Shown here: positions 39,246-53,544 of the stretch, piece after piece | Layout of the letters: every line of letters starts with the position of its first letter | How positions within the stretch are numbered: the stretch's first letter is position 1 | NCBI GenBank assembly: GCA_964016885.1 | Contig: OZ024741.1 | Span: 196,044,001 to 196,108,000, forward strand | Source: Eledone cirrhosa | Lineage: Eukaryota | Length of the DNA: 64,000 nucleotides | Direction of reading: 5' to 3' | Made by a program: the position numbers and the translations under genes | The notes under the pieces: generated by a model | The model's database searches: none | What the model was told of the DNA's origin: nothing | Seen by the model: only the letters and a program-made list of their open reading frames with translations

Positions 39246-39449
39246 TAAGACACCCTAATGGGGGTTAAACTCCCTATTAGGGTTCCCCGGAGGCACAAAC
39301 CCCTGCTGAAAATTTTTTCCCTTCGATTTATATGAAATTTAAACCATAGGTAAATGACAAGATATGATACCTATTCACAAAAGTTGTGAATTAATATTTT
39401 GAAAAAAATTATTTACAAGAAACAAAATAAGAATAAGATTTAATAATGG

Positions 39450-39773
39450 AGGCACATGGCTTAGTGGTTAGAGCCTTGCAATCGAAAGGTTGTGAGTTCA
39501 ATTCTCAGACCGGGTGATGTGTTGTTTCCTTGAGCAAGACACTTTATTTCACATTGCTCCAGTTTACTCAGCTGTAGAAATGAGATGATAGGGACTGGTG
39601 TCCCTATCATTCCACTGTAAAGTGGTCGTGGAGGTGCCACGGCAAAAAAGCACCCAGCACTCACTGTAAATGAGGTTGGTGTTAGGAAGGGCATCCAGCT
39701 GTAGAAATCAAGCCAGAATCAGTTCCCGTCCCACCCTTGCAAGCAGGGAAAAGTGGACGTAAAATGAAATGAA
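39450..39773 (+). mobile_element. SINE family B (CORE-type)
   Basis: Near-identical to 21006-21348. Confidence 0.88.
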
Positions 39774-39965
39774 TGTAATTTTGATTTGATATATTACAAA
39801 AAATAATATTTTCCAATTTTTCATGCATTACATTTTACATTGAGTAATATGGAAATGCAGAGTTTTTCTACAAAAATTATTATATCACTAATTTAAAATC
39901 AATCATCATTTTCTTACAAAAAAAAAAAATGTGTGAAACGCAGCAAGGCATGGGTAATTCGGGTA

Positions 39966-40007
<42 letters not shown>

Positions 40008-40068
40008 GTAGAACACTGGAAGGTAATATCCGTAGTGGTAGAGCACTCAGTCCATGGAATGAGTTAGG

Positions 40069-40207
40069 TAGAAGTGGTTACACAACAGTTAGTTCACCAT
40101 ACCGAGAACAATTGTTTCACCTTAGTGGATCCTCAGCTCGTAAAGCTAGGATCTGCTAAGATGAAACAATTGTTCTCGGTATGGTGAACTAACTGTTGTG
40201 TAACCAC

Positions 40208-40212
<5 letters not shown>
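40069..40212. repeat. Fold-back element with a hammerhead at the turn
   Basis: Arms ~40069-40133 / ~40148-40212, followed by (TA)n. Confidence 0.9.
40103..40140 (-). ncRNA. Type I hammerhead ribozyme
   Basis: Minus strand: cgag-CTGAGGA-t cc actaa gg t-GAAA-c aatt g-TT^ctcg; palindromic stem III (ACAATTGT). Confidence 0.8.
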
Positions 40213-40248
<36 letters not shown>

Positions 40249-40327
40249 CACATATACATAGGAAAAATAAGTGTTACTCACATACACATATATACACATA
40301 CATATATATATAAATATATATGTATAA

Positions 40328-40374
<47 letters not shown>

Positions 40375-40623
40375 CACGCAAATACACATACACATACATA
40401 TACATATATGTAATTGCACATAAACAAATACATACATTTACGTAATAAAAAATATACACACAATGTCCAAAAAAGAATTTCATAAAAATGAATTAAATGC
40501 ACATACATATGTGCGTACACCCATATTATATGGGCACATATATACAATACATACATACAATCACACAAAAAAAAAAATAATATACACATCCATACACATA
40601 TACATATATATACATATATATAA

Positions 40624-40819
40624 GGGAAAGAAATCGAAAATGCAACTGGAGTCTTTTTAGAAATATTTATTTGTTTCTTTTACCGATTTCACAGTTCTCA
40701 TGATTTTCAAACTCTCCTTCTCAATTCTACTTTTGAAAAGCATAAGAACTGTGAAACCGGTAAAGGAAACAAATAAATATTCTTAAAAAGACTCCAGTTG
40801 CATTTTCAATTTCTTTCCC
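40624..40819. repeat. Imperfect fold-back (arms ~40624-40702 / ~40741-40819)
   Basis: Inverted arms. The right arm carries GAAA-CCGG-TA-aagg, resembling the 3' half of a hammerhead; no intact CUGANGA found. Confidence 0.75.
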
Positions 40820-40972
40820 ATACACTTTCACTCGTGTAGGACATCTCGTTTCTTTTTCATTTAAAAATACCTCGTTTTCTTATACACACACACACACACA
40901 CACACACATACATACATACATACATACATACATACATACATACATACATACATACATACATACATACATACA

Positions 40973-41008
<36 letters not shown>

Positions 41009-41279
41009 TATATAATTGGAAATTAGTCAAATCGAATCTCTGGCGGTTTGCAAGTGAATTCGGCCTACTTATATGAATGATATATATATATTTACACAAA
41101 AAATAAACATATAAGTATAAAAATACATATATACACATAAAAAGACTACGTACAAAAAAAATATAATCACATACATTTAAAGGCAAATATACACATAAGT
41201 TCATACATAGAAAAAATATTTTAGCGCTCAAAAATATTCATACGTATCTCTGAATATGTTAAGTATATTTTCAGAGAGG

Positions 41280-41950
41280 AGTTCTCGGTGCTATAATTAA
41301 GATTGGGTAAGTGTCATGTGTGAAAGTTATAATTAAGTGTAATTATATATATATGTGTCAAATAGAAAGAAGGAGTGTTCGATGCATCTTATTGAGTACA
41401 AATTGTGAAAGTCAATGTGTGAGCACTGTAGGTATAACAAAAAGCATGTAATCATATGTGAGTGTTGTATGTGTTATGGGTATAACTAAATGTATGGGGT
41501 CGTATTGAATACAAGTTTAAGGTAGTTAGTGAAATAATTGAAATAATGTTCAGTGTGGTTGTGTATCCAAATTGATGTTATGTTTATTCCAACAGGAAAG
41601 AAGATGTGATTTCATGTGTGGGCAAGTTTTAAAAATTTCAGATTTAGAGTTAAGACAAGTATTTGGAGATTTCAGATTTTGTAGGATTCCATATTTCTCG
41701 GTTATGCATAAAGAACATTTTCTTGTACCTTTTTCATATTCTTTTGATTGGTCTAAAATAGACCAATCAATTACATGTGTAATCCCACGTTCTTTCATCT
41801 CCCAGACTGTGTTTGCCAACGCCATAGTTTTCTTTTTTTCTGGGTGTCTGAAAGGAAGCGACATGTGCATAATATGTTTGTTTGAATTTATCTTGAGTCA
41901 TACCCACATATTGGTTGGTGTTTACAGATGTCACTTTAGTTTCATATACA
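41280..41950 (-). mobile_element. Penelope-like GIY-YIG endonuclease fragment
   Basis: FRHPEKK..ALANTVWEMK, IDWSILD, KCSLCITEK, LNSKSEIFKTCPH; related to 56123-56662. Confidence 0.85.
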
Positions 41951-44900
41951 AAGGATATATATATATATATCTTGGTTGTCCATCGTAAACGATGATGACA
42001 TCTTCTTTATTGTTGTTCCCATCTGCCGTGGGCACGAAGGTGGCTGTGGAGGCCGATCCTTGACTTGCAGGTCCGGGGACAGTGGAGGCAGGGGAAGAGA
42101 CCGGAGACAGACCGGCAACTCCCAGAGGTTACCTCCACCTCTCGCCCATTGCCGTAAAATGAAATGATGAATGATGATTGCTCCAGTTTACTCGGTTGGA
42201 GAAAATGAGTTGTATCTGTAATTCAAAGGGTCAGCCTTGTTACACACCGTATGATGCTGAATCTTCCTGAGAACTATATTAAGAGTACTCATATCTGTGG
42301 AATGCCCAGCCACTTTCACGAGCAGACTGTTCCATTGTTCAAACAACTGGAGCACTCATCATCAGAACTGACTGAAGTCCAACCCCAAAATTTTATAGTT
42401 AGAATGCACTTAATTCATATAATACACTTTGTGTGTGGTCTGTTTATTTTTAATGGTTGTATCATGATCAGCATGATCATCATTTTACATTTGTTTTCCA
42501 TGCTGGACTCTGATCTGTCTCTTTTATGATATTTGTATTCATATTGTTGTATAGCTTACTTAGTCATCAAGGTTGTTTCAATACCTGTTGTTCATTAGTT
42601 TTTGTTTTATTCTGTAGATGTCTTTATGCTTTGTTAGTAGAGGAGAATTTAAATGTATTTCTAAGTAAGGATTTCACCAATGACATTTTGTATTTGTGTG
42701 CATACTCAATGTAAGCATAGACAATTATGTGTGCCTTTGGTATAGACATGATGATAAGATCGATTCTTCCCTACAGTGGTTGATATATCTGTTATTTTTA
42801 TCTTAATCTTTATGCCATAAAATGGAATCATTGTATTGCTAGAGGTTTATTTGTATTGATTTGGATTGTTGAATTTTAATACAAGAAAAACATCAGATAT
42901 TGCATAAAAATACACAAACCATACAAAATATATTATATGAATTAAATACATACTAACTATAGAATAGATGAACACATTATAAAACACATCATAAAACAGA
43001 ACACAAAATGCATTGTACCAATCCTTAAATTAATGCTTATGATATACAACAAAAATACTAAAACTAAAACAATTTTATTGTTAATAAACCACAAGCATGT
43101 AAACTTACTAAAGCCTGTAAAGTTACTAATAACCAATCAAATTTAGTTTTAATTGCAAATGGGAAATACAGTGTGTAACACGGTTGGTCGTTTGAATTAC
43201 TGATACAACTGTTATATTGACCATACAAACATAACAGCCTGCTGCCAGATTATCATGCACTTACATTGTATTGCACTACATAAAACAATACAAATTAGAA
43301 TGCGATAGGAACACATTAGTAAACAATACATCTATTTTGTACAGAATTCCCCACAAAGATAGATTATTAATGATGGAATTTCTAAAATAAACACACAGAT
43401 AACACATACTAATCACAAACAAAAATAAAACTCTCTCTGAGTAATGATGTATAAATCTGACAGTCAAACATTTAAATTCAGGCAGTGATGTCCACATCAG
43501 CCATATTGGCTTTACAGAATTTTCAGCATTTTATATTCCAGCCTGTAAGCATTTGAGATGTTTGGGGGAGCTAGGCAACTAACAACAACATTTTTGTCAT
43601 GTTTGGCAGCTTGCCTTACCATGTATCAGTTGATGCCTACAAGAGTGCTTGATTATTCCAGCACCTTAGCTACACTGTCACCCGAGCCAAGTGGTGAATG
43701 TGTTGAATTATCTCAAAGATTATTATAGGGAAGTTCGAGAACCCCTTCTTGTTGCATGTGATTGAGTGTGTGAGCCCTCCACCTCATTTTTTTCTTCCTT
43801 ATTATTGATTTCTTATTTCTTTATTTTTTTAGTACTGCATATATTCATATATTCAGTAGCACATACCATCAATACTTCATTCAGAGGATGGGTGGCTATA
43901 AGTTTTTAATGAATAAAGGGAGGTGTGACATCAATGTAGAAAAATGAGGATAAGAATATTCTTTCCGAGCCAACATCTAATATTTCATTAATAACGAAAT
44001 TGGAAACTACATTCTAATGCAAATAGATAAGTTATGAACAGCCAAAAATACAGGAAAAAAACTGTATTTAACATGTAACTTAATATAGAATAATGGAAGT
44101 TTGCGAAATAGTGTTTAAAGTCATTTTGAGAAACACCAGTCAAAATCAACGATAATGATATGCTATATATGTTTGTATGTATGTTTGTATATTTATAGAT
44201 ATGTCTGTCTGTAACCTTTTACAATTTACATACACAAACACACAATGCATTTCCTATCTCAGTCATGCTGCTACAATAAGAAGTTAGCATTCCAATCACA
44301 AAGGGATGGGTTCTAACCCTACATTTGTCTTTGTAAATAATTATTTCGCGAAAGTTACTCACACATTTATCCTGTATATCCTAGAAATAAATTATTAAAA
44401 TATCATTTTTATATTTAATCACTTCCACGTGTCAGTAATCAACATAAGCTATAAGGTTTCTCTGATGCAAAACATTCATTTATTAAAACACAAATTTCCC
44501 AGTACGTATGATTGTTTTTATATCTAGTAGTCCTGGTATATATGATATCCCAACCTCAGACTCTAATACAATTCTATTGCCGCCATTATTGACAGTGCCA
44601 AGCCCACTAGTTTAACACATAATATATTTATTAATAACTAATTAGGTATGTGACACAGATTACATGAAATAGAGTGTATGAATGCAATATGTGTGTAAGA
44701 TTGAGTCTGTGTGGACATTGTAAAAAAGAGAGAAACATAAAAGAATGTTAATTTCTAGAATTTCTTTTTTTGATTTTCCAAGCATATTCCATTAATATAT
44801 TTGAACTACTATGGCATCAGACTTTCTTTTTCTCTGTTGCTACAATAAGACAGAATTGGTACAGTGTTGATAAAATGTCATTGGGCTATTTGCACTGACT

Positions 44901-45367
44901 CTTTCTTTACATTCTGTGCTTAAATCCCACCAAGGTGGACTTTGTCTTTCATCCTTCCAGGGTCGATAAATAAAGTACCAGTCAAGTACTGGAGATGATT
45001 TTATCTACTTTGCCCTTCCCCTACATTTGGAAGTTCTGAAAAAATGCCCTGTTACAAAATGTCTTACTTAGTTTGTTAGTTCATATTCCTTACCTAGTAT
45101 GACTAGGTGCACAATTCAGACTATCAATATTCAGTATCATTGTATTTTACTTGTGTTTCCATTAGACAAACCTTGCTTTGTCTTTCCATAAGCATGAATT
45201 TCTTTTCACAGCCTCAAGATCCAGTAAGGGTATGTAGTTTCGTCTTGTTTCTTCACTGGTTAAATTATATATGTATACATATATATATATACACACACAC
45301 ACACATATATATATATATAATTGTTTCTACTTTTGGCACAAGGCCAGCAATTACCCAGTGCATTACT

Positions 45368-46103
45368 AAAATAAAACAAGGATAGGTGGTTACTCATTCA
45401 TTACGTTTATTGGTTGGTGACGCACGTTTCACTACCGATCAGCTCAAGGTTCGATCTGTATCGATCTAACCCTACCACACCATCTCTCATTTCAGTACCA
45501 TTGTTTTCTCTGTCATATTTTAACATGTAACCCATTGTAGGATTTGATCCTGTAAATGTCATGTCGCATTCATCATCACCACCACCACCACCACCACCAC
45601 CACCACCACCACCATCACCACCACCACCAAACACATCGCTATACATCCACAACCATCAACCTCACCAACACATACCACATCCCAACAAGGCACGACCATA
45701 CAACAACCAGCAACACACATTTCACCACATATTGTATCTGTAACTTCACCACCACTATTCAACATCATTCCTCATACCCTCTCTACCACCCCTGCGTGCG
45801 CCTGCTGTGTGGTGTGGTGTGGTGTGCATGCAGGTGCATGTCTATCTGTACGTGTGTGATTGTGAGTACCTGTGTATGCGTGGGTGTACTTATGTGCACG
45901 TACTTAGGTGTATGGGTGTACTTAGGTGTATGTATGCGTGCATAAGCGAGGGTTGTACCTATACTTGTGTACGTGTGGTTGCGAGAGCCAGTATGCCCAT
46001 GGGCATGTAAGAGTGTGACCACCTGTCTGTGCGTATACCTTTACAACCATGCTCACAATATGCTCCATCACTTGCGTGAGTGCACACATACGCGAGTATA
46101 TCT

Positions 46104-46178
<75 letters not shown>

Positions 46179-46630
46179 AAATGGGGAGAAGAATACTGCA
46201 GGTTGCACATGGATAACATGTTATAAAATGAGTCCCTCATCAGTGATTTACCAACGGTCATAGGTATTTCATTGCATTAAAAATCATATACCTCACGTTG
46301 GCGCAATAATAACTAAAATAAGTTATTAGGACAATTAAAACGTGTAAAGCGAGTGAGACAAGTAAACAACATAGAGGAAAGCTAACCGAAGATAGGAAAA
46401 GACACAAGCTACATAGTTATTCTATCAGTATAAGCTGGGTGAATATATGAGCGAGTAGAAAATAGACCTTTCGAGATGAATCCGATGTAAGAAAGAAGGA
46501 ATCGTTAACGTCGCGAACGGGGGGAAGTGAGAAGGGGAGAAACAGTGAGTGAGTGAGTGGAAGTGTGAGGAAGAGGTCAGTAGAGAGAAAGTGTTAACTT
46601 ACATGACAGAGGGGACGAAAGAAAGTAAGA

Positions 46631-46699
<69 letters not shown>

Positions 46700-47487
46700 C
46701 GTATATATTTACACATGTATGTGTGTATGGATTATTACGCGTGTGCCTGTGTGTGAGTGTATGTCTACACCCCCACCCACAGCGTCTTCCATCACTTGTT
46801 TGTGCACACATATATACGTTTATCCTACTTATATGTGTGTGTGCGTGTCTGTGTGTACATATTTTTACAAACATGCTCATACCACATATCCCCACTGGTG
46901 TGTATACATATACACATGTGTATGTATATACTATGTGTGTGTGACCGTGTGTATATATGTGTCTATATGCCTTTACATACACTCTGATAATTAACTCCTT
47001 ATAACATGAGTCCCCTTAACAATCCAACTACCACACCTAACACCCCACCCTAAACACCGCAACCTTTCATCCAATATCATAAACCGCAACACTACAACAC
47101 CCACACTACACACAAAAATCAGCCCCAAACTACATGCCAAACTGTCTAGTGACAGTCAATACGCCGTACACCGCCACCCACTTCAATCTATGTCCCGCAC
47201 CACCAACTAATCACCGCACCCACCCCCCAACCTACACTACAGGCAAAAACATCCCTCTGGATTAACCCACCAATCAAAACAAATCTCACTGACCAACATA
47301 GGAACATCAGACTTTCTCGTACACCATGTATAATCATATTTTTATTACCACTAAAAGGGGTTTGATGAGCGGATTAGAGTCGGGCTAGATTGATACAGAT
47401 CGAATCTTGAGGTGATCGGTGGCGAAACGCACGTCACCAACCCATAAACATAATGAAGGATTAACCACTCGTCCTTGTTTTATTTTA
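45368..47487. repeat. Diverged inverted pair (~45368-45472 / ~47381-47487) of a hammerhead-bearing repeat
   Basis: Reverse-complement similarity. Plus copy 47359-47438: ggt-TTGATGA-gc...gc-GAAA-c gcac g-TC^acc (C3 mutated, long stem II insert). Confidence 0.6.
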
Positions 47488-47587
47488 TTATACTACACTG
47501 TCTAGCTCTACACCTCGACACAGAAGTGAACCTAAACATCGAGTACTCACCCGGTTGAACCTACAGTAACTCCATGTTACACTCCCT

Positions 47588-47649
<62 letters not shown>

Positions 47650-47657
<8 letters not shown>

Positions 47658-48440
47658 ATACTTGGGGAGGGTCATATTGTTATAATATTGACAGAAATAA
47701 TAACAGAACACACTTACTGTTTGGTTGGGGTTGGTTTTCGCTTGTAGTCTATAGCATAAGATGTACAGAGGGTACTTACAACTACACACATAGGTGAGAC
47801 AGCTCGAAGCATAGGAGAAAGAATAGACCAACACTGGGGGGAACTGAAAGGACAAAAACCAGTTCAGTACTATATGAACATGCCAGACAAAGATATGATG
47901 GTAATAAAGACAACATAGAAATTAGAATAATATCCAAGCATAGAAATGACTCAACAGGTAGGCAAATCAGAGAAGCAACTGAGATAGAACTAAGAAGACC
48001 GAAGTTGAACAGAAAGAACGAATGGAATAACAACAACAACCATACCCAAACAAACAATACTGACTTAAGGGAAATATAAATAAATAAATATATACACAAG
48101 TACAATAACAACAAACACATATAAACACACACTAGTGAACAAAGATAGAATACAAAACAAAAACACATACACTCAAACGCAAACACACACACTTAACATT
48201 AAACACTCACACAAACACATGTGCAGAGAGAGAGACACGAAGAAATAAATAGATGAATTAAATAAAAATGGCATAGACTTTACAATACAATGGGAGAAAA
48301 CAATAGTACCAACCAACCCAAACCAAACAGTGAGTGTGTTCTGTTATTATTTCTGGCAATATTATAACAATATGACCCTCCCCAAGTATAACAATATTTA
48401 TTTCAAAATACGATTTCATATCAAAAACCTTGCAAAACAA
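47650..48440 (+). mobile_element. Penelope-like GIY-YIG fragment flanked by inverted terminal sequences
   Basis: VVYSIRC...IGETARSIGERIDQH...SVLYEH...RQIREATEIELRRPKLNRKNEW; inverted repeats ~47652-47735 / ~48311-48397 belong to the TTGGGGAGGGTCAT family. Confidence 0.75.
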
Positions 48441-50306
48441 ATATATAAATATATACATATACATATATAATGGTGTATGCATCCCTTTTATTTTAACCTT
48501 GATTCTATTTAATATTCAAAAATATTTGGTACTAACTATTGTTGTACTAACTATTTGATAGACAAGTTTTCATTTTACCAATAATTTTATGCATGTTAAA
48601 AAATTTCAACAAAATTATAGATTTTGTCTATAAATAAACACATCAGATTCTAAGATTGTGTTTATATGTGTATGTATGCATGTAAATCATTGTACATAAT
48701 TTTAGAGAAGGAATAATAACATGTTTATAATGTGATGATTGAAACCAGAATTTAAGAGACACTTTAGGATTTATGTTAATTCTTCCAATACATGTAAATA
48801 ATATAGCAAGAATCCATTTGTCATGCCATCATATTTTAGTTAAGGTCCGAAACACTTGCTTGAATGTGATTTCTTCTCTGAAAACTTTTTGCTGTCCAGC
48901 TCTCTAAGAGTTTCTTATCACTCACATTCTCTAATAACTCATCATGTATTAAAATAAATCTTGAAAATTAACAAATTCTACTAAATTGACTAAATGTTTA
49001 TTGACAATTTTAAATTAAGAAATTTGAGAAAACAGAATTAATTGCATTACAAAATATCCAGTAGTAAAAGAATTGTACAATATACATGCAATAAGGAAAC
49101 AAAAAAATAAGAAAATGAGTAAGAAAACAAAAGAGAATAAAGCAACGAAAGAAAAGACAAGGGGGAGGAGTGACAGACTCTACACCACAGTCTGAGCAGT
49201 GTTTCAACTGTGCCCTGTGGTTAAAATGAAATAGGTATGCTATGGCCAACAACACATGCTGCAATAATTAAGAAATTAAACCTAAATCCTGAGACTTTAG
49301 TAAACTAAATTCGGGACACCCTAATAAGAAGAGTCAGAGCGCCTTCCATTTAACATAGGGTGTCTGACGAAGACAACAATCATTTAATGATTGATATCCT
49401 TAGTGTTAAATATTGGCTCCACTGAAATATTTCTATTTGTAAACAAACATCTTGTGTGAAGCTGGAATTTTCGAACTTATGAAGCATTGAGGTAATAAAT
49501 GTATAAGAAGCTGTAGGCTGCTCAACACAGAAAATAACTGCTGCCAACATTTTTTCCATCTCTAAGAGTCTTTATCTGATTTTTATAAGCTCTTTTTTAG
49601 CGGCTGACTGTAATTGCAGTTCTTTTCTGCACTTGAGCATCCTACATATTCTTATAAATTTCTATTTGTATAATGATAAATTATTATATTAGTGCAACTT
49701 ATTTTAAGAAAATTCTATTTATATTTTGCTAGCCATGGAACATAAGGCTTTATTGAATTAGATGAAGCTTAGATTTTATTTAAGAGTTTTTCGTTTGAAT
49801 ATTGAATATTCAGTATATATTTTTACCATTTATAAATTACTACTATCTAGTTAGCAGTTTTGATTTATTTTCTTAATGGAAATTATAAGACTGTAAAAAA
49901 CAAACAAAAGAACAACAGAACATGAGAGACATGAAAGATGTATTTTAGTTTGAAACATTGTGAACCAAAATAAAAATAAAAAACCATTGGATTATTAAGT
50001 TATATCAAATATAATTTAAAATATTTTCCTTTTGCACTAAACAAGGAATGAAAGATTATGATGCTAACAGCCATGCTGAAATATTTTAACTGAATTGGAG
50101 GTCTTCATCAGCCATTTTGTAGCTGATTGTTTTTCAGTTGTCTGAATATATAAACATTTTGTTAAAAACAGTTGTTTATGTAAAGATAGCGAAAATTGTC
50201 CATAGTTAATTTAATAGACATTTAATGGACATCATCATCACCATCATCATCATCATTGTTTTACATCCGTTTTCTATGCTGGCATGGATCAGACAATTAA
50301 ATTTAA

Positions 50307-50512
50307 CCCTTTAGCATTTAAACTGACCATATCCGACCAGAATTCTCTCACCTCTTCTGTCAAACCGGCTGTAACCGGCCACTCATACTTATGTTAAGGT
50401 ATCATTCTCAAAATAAATAATATCTAAATCTCATAGATTCAATATTATGTGAGGTAAAGCCTTTACCATGAAAATATAATAGTATATATAGAGTAATGTA
50501 AATGCTAAAGGG
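50307..50512. mobile_element. piggyBac-type MITE
   Basis: TTAA|CCCTTTAGCATTTA ... TAAATGCTAAAGGG|TTAA: 14-bp TIRs with CCC/GGG ends and TTAA target duplication. Confidence 0.85.
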
Positions 50513-53232
50513 TTAAAGGAAAATGAATAGGGTGACGCAAGAGCATTAGTTGTGGAAGGAAATAGTTTCAAGTGAAAATTGAAATTATGCTCCAGGATAC
50601 TTATGTCACAACACTTAACAAAATATATCGTAAATTCATTGATTTTGTACTGCATGAAAATATATTGATTTTTTCATACAATAAATCAACATATCAAACA
50701 ATTTTATTCTCATTGTAAAAAAAAAATTTGATTGGGCTATATATATTGCTTTCATAGCCTGGTTAAAATGCTTTAAATACATTTGACGTGCTGAATTAAA
50801 TTTAAGGTATCAAATTTAATATAATTCAATTATTGATATTAATTTATTGGTAATTAAAATAGAATATTTTAAAATTGACACAATGGGAGTGAGGTTAAAA
50901 TTCTGAATTTTGAATATGATTATTATACATTGATTGATTAAGAAAAATGAGACCCAGTTAGTCAGATCTTAACCCTGAAACTCAATTTGTAAGATAAAAA
51001 ATTTCTATATCAGTATTTCATTAACAAAGGAAATGATTTACTACATTTTTTTTATTAGGTCATTATTTCTATGCTGTTTTTTCTATTATCAATATAGGTG
51101 ATAACAATTTTCTAGCTAAAAGGTTCTTTAGTATCTGTTAATATTGCTCCTTTATTGTTTATCTTTGCTAATTAATCTGTGACAAATGCCTTGCTTAACA
51201 CTAAAAGTACCATTTAATGATAAAGTGGTTGAGTATAGTCACCGAAATTGAATTAGTATCTTACTGATACCTAGTGAACTTCCAATGAAATTTCTGATCT
51301 CTCTGATTTAAAATTTCCTCAAGATTGGGAAAATCTGGATTAAGAAAGATGGAATTAAATATTATAATACGCATTCAACAGCCTTGTATAATTCTTTAGA
51401 TGTTTATCTGATAAAATTCATTTGTTATATTTACATTTTGATGAATTGAAACATAAATTACATAAAAATAGAAAGTAATAAAAAATTTAATAATTATATT
51501 TTGGTACTTTTAGTGTTAGCCTTTTCTTGTAATAATGCTTTTGCTTGCTTCTTCATAAAAATAGTGTTCACTTAATAACATCTTCATACACGTAGTTTTC
51601 ACTGAAAGTGTATAGAAAGTAATGAATAAGCATATAACAATAATGTTCAATGTAGTAATGAGCATTAATGAGCTGCACAGTCATAGGGCCATGAGGATTT
51701 ATTGTTAGGGTAGATGATATCCAATGTTATTACCAGAACACTACCTTAAGACAGATCATTATATTATTGTAAATCATGCATTTTGTTTATCTCTATAGGT
51801 TACAGAGAGATGTTAATTTCTAACTAGAGGAGCAATAAGGCTAATTAATCAGATCTGTTTGGTAAGGCAGTGTCATGTGATGGACTTCTGATATTTCCTC
51901 TTCCAGACTATTCACATTGTATTAAACATCTGTTTAATGTTGCAATATAAAAAGCAAAAGAAAATGAAAGAGAAAGAAAACATTATATAGTGAAAGTAAG
52001 GGAAAGCAGAGAGGAAGACACAAATTATACACCCCAGTCAAGGTGGTATATCTCAGCTGTAACCTGTAGACGAAAATGTGTAGGCATTGCTGCAGAGAAT
52101 GGCCAGTGACACCTGGTGCATCAGCCACACCACCTCAGGCAGGATGCACTTCATCCAATTCTGTGGAGGAAAATGGTAGAACAGAAACCAAAGACACCAG
52201 TGGTCTCAACTGCAACCAGCATGAATAGGAAGCAGGCAGTCATGTTCTGGTATTTGACTATCTTGCATTACTGGCAGCAGTACCCAGATTAAACTATGTA
52301 TTAAGCTAGAATAAAGAACTCACTTCTCATTAATTTGCCAAAGTGAAACCCCATTGACATCTTGGTGAGACAATGGTTGATTAATCCTTTTGATACTAAC
52401 CCATCCAAAACCACCTTTAGGTCTATGAAACAAAGCCATCCCTTTTAAAGGATTCCTATTTAAGTTAAAACTTCTAACATATATTTTTACCTTTTGTTAA
52501 GTTATGTTACAAATACTATCAATACAATTTATATAATAAATTTAACTGCAGATATATATAGTACTAAGAAATAAGAAAAAACAAGTGGGGAATAATAAGG
52601 AAGAAAGAAGAGAATGAAATAATTAGGAAAAGAATAATAAGGAAGAAAATAGGAGAGTTTACATAGGGCAAATCAAACTCACTCTCATTGCCAATAATGA
52701 TGAGACCCCCACCATAAGTCAATTAACACATTTAGATATCCATCACATTAAGATCAAAAACAAATTTTGTTTTTTAATATTTGGCAAAGCCAGCCATAAA
52801 ATCACTCAGTATGCAAATAAGACTGATCAGCTTATATATACATTTGAGAATACTTTATATTCTCAGTAGTTCCAGCGGGTTGCAGCAGAGCAGAATACAC
52901 AATCTTGACAAGGAGTAAAACACTCTGAAACAATTGTCAATTGTCAATTATTTTCTCTCAGCTACTACTGGAACAAAAGAATGATGATGTCATCTAACAT
53001 GTGGTGTTTATGAGGCTGTTTGCTTACAAACAAACTGAATATCAATAATATGATATCATTATTCACTCGTGAATACATTTAGGTATCCACCATGTTAATA
53101 GCGAAAATAAATTTTGTTTTTCATATATAATTATATATGTGTAAATGAAGCAATTCCATCGGAAAGGTGCTCGGAGAAAGAGTGCTCTATGTAGGCTTAT
53201 TAGTTATGTAATAAACAACATAAAATAATTAT

Positions 53233-53293
53233 TTCATTTACCAGTGGTTTCTTGAAAGCAGATATTTTATCTGTTTTCAATCGTCAGAATGAA
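53233..53293 (-). ncRNA. Type I hammerhead ribozyme
   Basis: Minus strand: ttcatt-CTGACGA-ttgaaa a cagat aaaat atctg c tttcaa-GAAA-cc act gg-TA^aatgaa. Confidence 0.85.
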
Positions 53294-53544
53294 TAAAAAA
53301 CATGGTGTTTTTATTAAATATGGATTTGAAAACAAAAATATTCAAGAAATATGAAAGTGAGGCTGAGAAACAAACGGACAAAAAGAAGAGTAGAAAAAAA
53401 TATATAAATATATATAAAAAAACAATAAATATCCAGAACGTAAGCAGACACACTAAACCACGCACATATACTTAAAAGGTACGAAGACGTATACTTTACA
53501 CATAAGCGTATTAGCGTTTACAGACTGGGACATAGATATGCAGA

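Larger units (their letters stand above)
38685..39966 (+). mobile_element. Probable non-autonomous Helitron-like element interrupted by two SINE B copies
   Basis: TATATAAG...(TGTT)n start and ACGCAGCAAGGCATGGGTAATTCGGGTAG-T end resemble the architecture of 21417-22053; internal duplication ~38825-38905 / ~39282-39362. Confidence 0.5.

Noticed and set aside
43542-43728. Alternative upstream exon (MFGGARQLTTTFLSCLAAC...) after a ttccag acceptor
   Set aside because: No recognisable homology, and its candidate donors are phase 1, incompatible with the phase-0 Ppd acceptor.
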